Shown here: positions 48,503-57,540 of the stretch, piece after piece | Numbering within the stretch: position 1 is the first letter of the stretch | Layout: the number at the start of each line of letters is the position of its first letter | Position numbers and translations under genes: made by a program | The notes under the pieces: generated by a model | What the model saw: only the letters and a program-made list of their open reading frames with translations | What the model was told of the DNA's origin: nothing | Databases searched by the model: none | Source: Trypethelium eluteriae | Taxonomy: Eukaryota | Direction: 5' to 3' | DNA: 57,540 bases | NCBI GenBank assembly: GCA_051942245.1 | Contig: JAVECL010000085.1 | Coordinates: forward strand, 1 to 57,540

Positions 48503-49616
48503 TCACCCTCCCAGTGTTCTGAACTGCTTCAGTGTAAGAGGTGCAGGCCTTGCGACAGTAGTCCTGATATCATCCCTGAACTTTACGAACGCCACCCACA
48601 TCGGACATTCTGAGCCCCCGTCGCAATCATGATAATCCGGGTTGATGAGTTTGGCAATGTCGGCACGATCGGCGAAATGAAGAGGAGGTTCTCCAGTATT
48701 GAATTGAGAGAGACGGTGATCTTGAAGCATCACTAGGAAGTCTCCGATCCTGCGAGAACGGTCGCAAATGAAGGAGGTTACGACTCCGTTGTTTTTACAT
48801 GGTCTGCATCGCTGTGCCTCCAGGGGCTTATCCTTGAGACAGACGTCACAATATTGACTTCTCATAGGGAAACGTTGAAAGTTGTATCGTAGTGCATTCA
48901 AAGTAGAACTCAGATTGTCTGACATGGTCTGGATCATGGCTTGGCTGTGTGCGACAATTTGCTCTGCGATGATAGAAGTGGTTAGATAAGTGCTTCACGA
49001 AGATGCTTGAACACGTACTTGTCTTCATCCCTTCGGGCATTGATGGCACTGTAGCTGCTCCTGGCACAGTGAGAGAGGCAACCCTGCTTACTGTCGTTGC
49101 AAATTGACCCTCCATTCCAAACTCAGAGATTATGTATAGAACCTTTACGCAGTCCTCGGAGCCGAGCCGCCGTAATGAGGAGAAATTTGGCAGACAGAGT
49201 TCCGTACGTGGTTTTCCGGCCATGATGCATTGGTATTTTTGGCACACCTTAGCAAACTGGACGAGCTTTTCGATATCGGTGGAGACGGCAGGAGGTTTGT
49301 GGTGCAGAACTTGGCAAAGCTCTTCCAGGGCATTGCCGTCGGCATCGACAGACATGCTGTATGGCTCGTTCGAAGATCCCTCGGGTGCGATTCGGTAGTA
49401 GTTGAACATGGCTTTGAACACTGGGCTGGCTACGGAGAGCACCTTTGAGCTAACTCGGACTCCTTTGGTCTTTGTCCAAAGAATGAGGTCACCCTCGTCA
49501 TCAACAGCCACAGGTATAGCCACCGATCGCTCTTTCACCTTGGCGTTGTGTTCGTCCATTTCCCTGATCGGCATTTGCACTCGGTTTTCGGGCTGTTTTG
49601 CCATTTCCAAGCGCAT
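48503..49616 (-). CDS. BTB/POZ-domain protein, 2 exons (start uncertain)
   Basis: Fungal BTB signature DEGDLIL...VRVSSKVLSVASPVFKAMF...ALEELCQVLH...KVCQKYQC. A GTACGT...CTAAC...CAG intron near 49017-48967 joins it to a Cys-rich C-terminal exon. Confidence 0.75.
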
Positions 49617-49785
49617 TGCGGCACTCTCGCGTTGGTGAAGATCTGCAAGAGACTGGGTATGATCTTGTTTGAGGGGTCCGTGGGGATAGATGGTTGTTTG
49701 ATCAGAAAAGACTCCCGGGGTGATTGCTTCCGAGCCCGCTTTGGTGAATGCAGCCGAGCTCACTTTCGAATCCGATGAATGAGAA

Positions 49786-49974
49786 TACCTTACGGCGGCG
49801 GCTAGGGGGTTCCTCAACCGGTAATTAATACAATGTTATTTCGACTTTACTGTTATGATCTTGTTGGTCCATGTTAACACCGCCTTAACATGGGCCAACA
49901 TGGTCATAACAGTTAAACTGAGGTAACGTCGTATTAATTACCAGTTGAGGAAACCCCCCAGCCGCCGTAAGGTA
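49786..49974. mobile_element. Fold-back palindromic element (MITE-like), about 90-bp arms, 7-nt loop, TA at both ends
   Basis: Left arm TACCTTACGGCGGC...GTCCATGTTAA (49786-49877), loop CACCGCC, right arm TTAACATGGGCC...GCCGCCGTAAGGTA (49885-49974). The arms are imperfect reverse complements differing largely by transitions. Confidence 0.65.
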
Positions 49975-49984
49975 GGTTGAGCTA

Positions 49985-51246
49985 TCAATGGGCATCTCTA
50001 AGGAAGGTCTGAATTATAGTCCTCCCTCGCCCTTTTGCGAGTACTTCAGTATGGAGTGCACCACGAACAATCTCTCGCGAAAAGCTGAATCCTACTTCAC
50101 GGCAAATCCCTGCAAGTCGATCCGTCTGTTCCTTGGGAACAACTTCATCTTTCTCGGCTTGTACAATGAGTAGTTTCGGCCACGCTTTTGCTTTGGCAAT
50201 CGCTTGCAACGCTGCTTCCGAATCCCACGAATTCCACAAGAAAGGCCAAAGATATCGATAGGGAAGCCAACGCTGTGGATACAGTGTCGTGAGCATACTG
50301 CGGATGCTCATAAATGGAGTTTCCAGAATGATGCCAGAAATGACGCTTTTAGACTTGTCTGTGTCTTTGTCGGCATCAATCAAAAAATGAGCTGCAGCGG
50401 CTGTTGTGGCTACGCCTGCCCCGATACTTTGACCCCATAGGATGATAGAATCCTCTGACCCAGGTCGACGAAACTCGCTTAAAGTCCACGATAGGGCTGC
50501 TTGGGCGTCCAATTCTATGCCCCTCTGGCTTGGTCTGCCTCTGGATGTCCAGTAGCCGCGGTATGAAAGCCCAACAAGCGTGTATGAGGTACTTGATTCA
50601 TCGTCTGGGCCTCTCCCACTTACATTTCGAAGCACCTGTGATAATCCTGGCAATCGTGGAGGTAATGAGGAGCCATTGCTATTCAATTTAGTAACCTGCA
50701 ATACCGTATTTTAGCGACGGGTTAGACTGACCCCTGAAAATACAAAATTGTGACGTTTCTTGGAGGGGGTCTGCGTCTCTGAATTGGAACGGTGCCTACA
50801 CAGAGCGCAATCAGGGTGCCATCTGGAGATTTTATTCTCCTTTCTTCCCATACGACTGGTGAACAGCTATGAGCATAGTCGGCTATCTTCTCAGACCGGG
50901 AGAATGGAGGGATCGAAGGCATATAAATGATCTTGTTCTGAAACAGAACCATCATGAAGCATTTATAAGTCCAAAGAGTTACAAGGAGACCAAAAAAAAC
51001 TGTCGGGACAACGAGAGCGGTAGGGAGACTACTGATGGAGAAGTCGCGTCTCCCTCTTCTGAGAGGATTGATTCTAATTACGGAGGCTCTGGAATGAGCA
51101 TGATAGTACGCGCCATGGCGACGATTAAGGAGATCAGCCACATTTGAGACTGTCACTTTGGTAGGGTGCGACCGAGACCCAGCCAGCCCAGTAGGCGTCA
51201 CTGCCATCCGCGCTTTCCTCGACGCGGTGATCATCCATCGTGGCAT
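49985..51246 (-). CDS. Bem46/ABHD13-like alpha/beta hydrolase, 2 exons (start uncertain)
   Basis: TM segment then FQNKIIYMP, ILYFQG|NGSS, SYRGYWTSRGRPSQRGIELDAQA, nucleophile elbow GQSIG, ILETPF, DEVVP and GALH. Confidence 0.85.
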
Positions 51247-51453
51247 GAACCTTTGAAGGGAAGTAATTAGAAGCAGCCTTCAATGTGGTCGCGATGCAGT
51301 CTAGACGAGGCTGGCGATCTTTGGCTGCGGATGACGCTTTGTTCAGGTAACCTGCCAGACTGGCTCTGCCCCGCCATCGTGAGAAATATTTTTCGTCGCC
51401 AATTCTGCAATTCTGGCCAACGGCGCCTGGCTCCAAATTGAGCGCTTCTCACA

Positions 51454-54137
51454 ATGGGCGTCCCTTTTCTTGCTCAGATCGACGTCGGGACGTATACATC
51501 TCAGCAGCAAGGCCTTGATGCAAAAGCCCTTTCCTACATCGGCCACGTATTTATCAAGCTCTCCCAACAAGCAGTAAAGGATGAAGACGCATTCCTCTAT
51601 CTTCAGCAAACATTTGGCTTATTTGAATCTTACTTTGATGTCACAGACCTGGAATCTATTGATGATGCTGTATCGCTACTCGACTCGGGTGCAACCAGAA
51701 TCTTTGTCACACCCAATCAATTAGAGCAATTGAATACAATCAACAATCTCGATCAGAACAGGATTGTAACTGTTGTTGATGTCCCAAGCGCGTCAGAAGC
51801 GAGCACTGCAGCTACTGGAAGTGCATACTTCCCCAAGGTGCAGGATTTCAGCTCACTGTCTCTACTACTAGAAAAGTCAAAGGGTGATCCAGTTATATAT
51901 GTCGGTCTTGCCAATCCCACCGAACCATCTGCTCAAGAAGTCGCGAACGCCGGGGCGATTCCAATTATTCCTGCGACATTCCTAACAGTCGACCCAAAGT
52001 CAGAACCGAGCCTCATTCCTGCAGCGTGCCTGTTCCTAGCCAGTGCTGAAAGCGATCGCCCGGACGGACTGATCACAACCTTGGTCACAGATGAGAGGGG
52101 CATAGCATTAGGATTGGTATATTCGAGCCAGGAGAGTGTTTCTGAGAGCCTCAGAACTGGCGATGGTGTGTATCAAAGCCGGAAAAGAGGTCTCTGGTAC
52201 AAGGGTGCTACAAGTGGGGATACTCAAGAGCTGGTGCGAATATCATTGGACTGCGATCAAGATTGTCTGCAGTTCATCGTGAGACAAAAAGGCAGAGGTA
52301 TTGTTGTTCTTGCGAACCGCAGGATACTTCCACGCTGAGTGTTACAGGGTTCTGTCACCTCGCAACATCATCATGTTTCGGAAACTATAGAGGATTGGCA
52401 AAACTTCAGAGGACGCTACGATCGCGAAAAGAATCCGCACCTGAAGGATCATACACCAAGCGTCTTTTTGATGATCCCACACTACTGAAAGCTAAAATAT
52501 TGGAAGAAGCAAATGAGCTATGCGACGCCGATACAAAAGAGAATGTCGCGTTCGAGGCTGCAGATTTGTTATATTTCGCTCTCACAAAATGTATAGCGGC
52601 AGGAGTAAGTCTGGAAGATGTTGAACACAATCTTGACGCGAAGAGTGTCAAAGTCAAGCGGCGACGGGGCGACGCGAAGCCTGCATACGCGAAACAGGTC
52701 GGTCTCTCAAATGGCACCACCAAACAGGATGAGAATACAGAGATGGTCAAAGAAGCTGCAGCTATTCCCAAAGAGCCCCAAGACCCAGCTGGACTGCGTG
52801 ATGGGCGAATAGCAATGACCCGCTACGTAACCTCCGAGGTTTCTGCCGAGACTATCGAAGAAGCTCTCCGGAGACCATCTCAAAAATCCACCGAGAAGAT
52901 CATGAACATCTGCAAGCCGATCATTCAAGAGGTACAGAACGAAGGTGATGCAGCCGTTCTGAGATATACTCACCGATTTGAGAAGGCTACCTCTCTCACA
53001 TCCCCCGTAATTACCGCTCCCTTTTCTGAACGTCTTATGCAGATGCCACCAGAGGTGCGTCAAGCAGTCGATATATCATTTGACAACATCTGGCGCTTCC
53101 ACGCTGCGCAGAAAGAGTCAAAGCCTCTCATCGTAGAGACGATGCCAGGCGTTACCTGCTCTCGTTTCTCACGCCCCATTGCCCGCGTCGGTCTCTACGT
53201 CCCCGGTGGCACAGCCGTGCTACCTTCAACAGCATTGATGCTCGGTGTCCCCGCGAAAGTGGCAGGCTGCGAGAAGATCGTCATTGCTTCGCCGCCTCGA
53301 GAAGACGGCTCTATATCGCCTGAGATAGTCTACGTTGCGCAAAAAGTTGGCGCGGAAAGCATCGTCCTTGCTGGAGGTGCTCAAGCGATTGCAGCTATGG
53401 CATATGGTACTCCATCTGTGAGCAAGGTCGACAAGATTCTAGGTCCTGGTAACCAATTCGTAACGGCAGCAAAAATGTTGGTCGCGAATGATACAAGTGC
53501 AGGCGTGGCTATTGACATGCCGGCGGGGCCGAGTGAGGTCTTGGTCGTGGCTGATAAGTCTGCTAACCCGGCTTTTGTCGCAGCCGACCTGTTGTCTCAA
53601 GCAGAGCACGGTCCGGACAGCCAAGTGGTTTGCATCGCGGTGGACTTGAGTGAACAGCAGCTAGTTGCTATCGAAGATGAGTTGGACAAACAAGCGAATG
53701 CTTTACCACGGAAAGATATCGTGAGAGGGGCGATTGAGCATTCAGTCACACTCGTTGTTAAGACCATTGACGAAGCGATGAAGTTGAGCAATACATACGC
53801 ACCCGAACACCTTATCCTTCAGGTTGAGAATGCAATTGATGTTGTGAATATGGTCCAGAATGCTGGCAGTGTGTTCATTGGTTCATGGACTCCGGAATCT
53901 GTTGGCGATTACTCGGCTGGCGTCAACCATGCATTGCCAACGTATGGATACGCGAAACAATACTCAGGTGTGAATTTGGGTTCATATTTCAAGCATATCA
54001 CGAGCTCCAAGTTGACGGAAGACGGCTTGCGAAATTTAGGTGGAACAGTGGAGGAAATGGCGAGGGTGGAAGGATTGAACGCTCACGAGCGAGCTGTCAG
54101 TGTACGCTTGAAGTATCTCGAGAATGTTGGAGCGTAG
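51454..54137 (+). CDS. HIS4: Histidine biosynthesis trifunctional protein (HisIE-HisD), 2 exons
   Basis: SRKRGLWYKGATSG, DCDQD, FCH, SYTKRLF, EAADLLYF, GLYVPGGTA, DMPAGPSEV, LSQAEHG, APEHL and GDYSAGVNHALPT. Intron at about 52298-52348. Confidence 0.96.
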
Positions 54138-55478
54138 GGCTTAGTGTAGCAAGTTGAATGGAGGAAGTTCGGCAAAGTTCTCCTTGACTTTTTGACTGAC
54201 TCTTTGATCATCTGGAAAGCAGGTTCCAAAACGCAAAATCCCAACCGACAAATGCAAACCAGTCGTCAAATTCGAAATCGAGAAATTTTGGAAACACTAA
54301 ATGTGCTTGTCAGAGAGGTGACCGGATCCGCTCGATGTGAGGTAATTGAGTTCATACTCTCATTCGACACATAAATAGCTTAGCGTACGTACTCGATAGA
54401 CGATAGTTTTGGTGAAGCCAGCCACGCCGTAATCCGTACTCCGCACATCTCACCGAAAGTATCGTTATCGATAATGCAAAATCCAGCAGTCCATTTCGTG
54501 TAGAACTCTTCGGCTTATCTCTTGATGAGAAGCTTCAAAGTCAGTCTAGACTTTGCCGATGGGTGAGTGGATATTTGCTTAGCTTGAAGATGTAAAGTGA
54601 AGGTCCTGACGGGAGGCCTCCTAAAGAGACCCATCTTCTCACAAGATACAAGGTACATAAGACCGCAGAGCGTCCCGCTGCCACCAAGACTATGCACATT
54701 ATCGAGAGTCTACTGGTGTTACTCCATTCACCGGCTCCATTTGCAGGGCCGAGGAAGACAACAATCTTCTCACTTCTTAACCAGTGTAGACCACACGCTT
54801 GCCTTCTTGTCCCTCACTCAAGCTTGATTTTTCTGCTGAAAAACTTGGCAGCCCTTTAAATACCAAGTTATATATGATTCGCCACTGATACGTGCATCCA
54901 AACAAGAATTGCACTTCAGTTCACAGCATTTCGCCACTTTACCTCACTACACCTACCTCTACATCGATCATCGAGACCAGCATCTACGTTTAACTTCGCT
55001 GGCTAAACTACAATTTTCTGTTTCCGCCAATTTCAAACAGAGCCTTTTTCCTGCTGGATCTTTTGACGATAACATTCGAGAGCGCTTCTTCAGCAGAAAT
55101 ATTCGCATTCCCCCTGTAGGTATGTTAATCGTTCATAGACGGTCCTAAACAGATTTTAGGATCCCCATTGAGTCACATTTTCACATTCACTTTAAGCTAC
55201 AAAACTTCTTGTTCTTCGGTTCACCATCTATTACATCACGTTCCCTACAATTTTCTGACACTGAAGAACTCAAGTGATACTCCTTTGATTTGTCAAGGCA
55301 CTTGGCTACTTTTCAGAGGCAGTTTGATTCCTATGCTAAAGCCAGGTTGAGCTGAAGGAGTGACTAATGAGGCTTAGAAGTGAGCTAATCATCTTGATTT
55401 ATCAGACACTACATCACGCAGTAAATCTCCTCTTCTCATCACGAAACCCACGATCGTCGTCTAAGCCATTTTCTTCAC

Positions 55479-56911
55479 ATGGCTACAAAGGAGAGCTTAG
55501 ACGCCGCATATCAAACAGCTTATCAAGATGAGAGAAACAAGATGATGCGCCTCGTCCGAGAGGAGAAAGAGCGGAAAAGGCAAAGTACAATAAGCAAGCA
55601 ATCCGTGGGTGAACCCATTAGAATTAAAGAGCATTCGACTGATCGCAAACAGCGGCAAGTCAGTTCAACCCCGGAATCTTCAGGTAGACCTCCTCAAGGG
55701 TCGGCTCAAGATCCAAAGATACCTTCTTTGAGTTCTGCTGCCCCAGAGCCACCTCTTCGAAGTCGAACTGATTTCAAAATACCGGAGCGAGCTACAGCCG
55801 CGCCTGCCTCAATTCCATCTAAGAGAAGCTTCAGTGAAGGAGCGAATACTCCCAACGCTTCAAGCACGTCCAGATCAAGCTCATCTCGAGAGCCGTCCGA
55901 CTGGTACGTTGGGACGAAAACCAAGTCTGGCCAGGCAAGGGCACAACCTGGAAGACGGGAGTTGTTGGAGCGTTTGAAGCAAATTCGCCCACTAATAGCA
56001 AAATGTCGCGAAAAGTCACCAGAAGCCTTCAATAGGATGCGCGAATATCTTCACGATATGGCCTTTGAATATGGGATCGATGAGGGTATCCTGAAAGACG
56101 CTAAAATGCTGGACAACGAGTCAGGTTTGCCGCAGGTTTTTGATGTCGACTTCTTCCCATTCGACGTAAAGGCCGATGCCGAAGAACTGTACATCAAATG
56201 GTGCAAACGGGATTTTGATGTTAATCTTTTCCGAGGCATTGAGTTTGGGCGTCGTCAAAAAGGCAATCATGGGGCGGATTCATTCAAAGAAGACTACTCC
56301 AAAAAAGGAGCGGACATCTTCGGCGACAATGACCTCGTGAACGGGCAATGGTGGCCTACTCAACTAACCACGGTTCGAGATGGCGCGCACGGGGTTCCGC
56401 AGGGAGGTGAGTCAACCGGAATGATCTTTTTAGATACTAGCGTTCACTGAGCTGAAACTCGTTAGGGATCTATGGCTCCCGTAAGAAAGGCGCATACTCT
56501 ATTGTAATGAGCCACGGATACAAGGATGACGTCGACGAAGGCCATGATGTATGGTACTGCGGGACCAACATTGATAAGGGAGCCCCTGACGGCCGCGGTG
56601 CTGAAGCAACGGCGAACACCGAAGCTATGATAACCAGTGTAAAGACTGGAGTAGCAGTTCGCGTTCTCCGTTCCCACAATATGCCAGCGAATTCGCAGTT
56701 TCGCCCGCAATGTGGGTTCCGATACGACGGTCTGTACACAGTGGTCAGCTATGAGATTCTGGATGTGGAGCGGGCGATTCATCGATTCCATCTGCGTCGA
56801 CGTCCTGGGCAGATGCCAATCAGGTTCAAGGGTCCGGAAGCTAGACCAACAGATCAGGAAAAACGAGAATACGAAAACGACAAGCGGACGAAGAGCTCGT
56901 CCGAAAACTAA
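55479..56911 (+). CDS. SRA/YDG domain protein, 2 exons
   Basis: Low-complexity N-terminus, then GDNDLVNGQWWP...RDGAHGVPQGG|IYG...GAYSIVMS..YKDD.DEG..VWYCGT...VRVLRS...GFRYDGLYTV...FHLRRRPGQ. Intron at about 56408-56465. Confidence 0.88.
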
Positions 56912-57540
56912 TTTAAGCCAAATTAGGTGTCTCTGGCACGCATGAGAACGTGCTATCGTCGTGGCTTATTTCTGGGTTCTACAGTCAGGAGAAGCTTCTA
57001 GCGGAACATCCAGAGACCTGGTATGTTCCTACTCTGTACCTGGGATAGGTGGATTGCTGGAAACTTACTGGGAGGTCGATCTTTCTTTTTGTTTCACTTG
57101 AATACGTTTGAAAGCCAGGCACAAACGTCTCTAGCTCTATTTGCTCGTTGATTTTCTCATTTCGACATTGATAAGCAAGGATATCATGAGATCACCTCCC
57201 CCAGCATGTGGTCATTGTTCGAGCATAGTAGGTTCCAAGGACCGCCCTCTGCTCGGTTGAGAAACGTTGCGTGCAAGCCAGCTATCTCAGCCACCGATAC
57301 CATGAGATAATCAGCATAGTATTAATCGATCCATCTTTGCTGTTCCCGGTCGTATCCTATGAGGGCCAGATCGATATGCAAAGAGCGTAGCATTATATCC
57401 ATCGTAAACGTCTGCACGCGTCGGTCAGCACGATAATCCGATTCCACATCTAGCAAGCAGATAGGAAAGCAGCACTTACATCATCATCCCCTTCCTGATC
57501 CATCACAGGATCATCCACCTCTCCCTCCACCCCATTCTCC

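Overview
Gene-dense, intron-containing nuclear DNA of a filamentous ascomycete (Pezizomycotina-type genes, about 50-nt introns). It has about 19 protein-coding genes. Most are housekeeping: guanine deaminase (partial), Arp9, NTE1, Arl1, GH65 acid trehalase, Ecm13-like, Aar2, enoyl-CoA hydratase, Rer1, betaine-lipid synthase Bta1, complex I NUXM, Aquarius/Cwf11, an importin-7/8 type karyopherin, a Bem46-like hydrolase and trifunctional His4. The rest are a secreted GH5, a BTB protein, an SRA/YDG protein and a secreted protein with a CNF1-like Cys/His motif. There are two Pol III genes. One is a dispersed, divergent 5S rRNA whose helices are preserved by compensatory changes. The other, the standout, is a tRNA-Ala(CGC) gene with a normal anticodon-loop intron plus a 49-nt D-loop insertion bearing spliceosomal intron hallmarks (GTAATT...CTAAG...AAG at an AG|G site). 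A ~190-bp TA-flanked fold-back (MITE-like) element and several non-consensus splice sites (GC donor, AAG and GAG acceptors) are also present. All calls come from reading the sequence; no searches were run.
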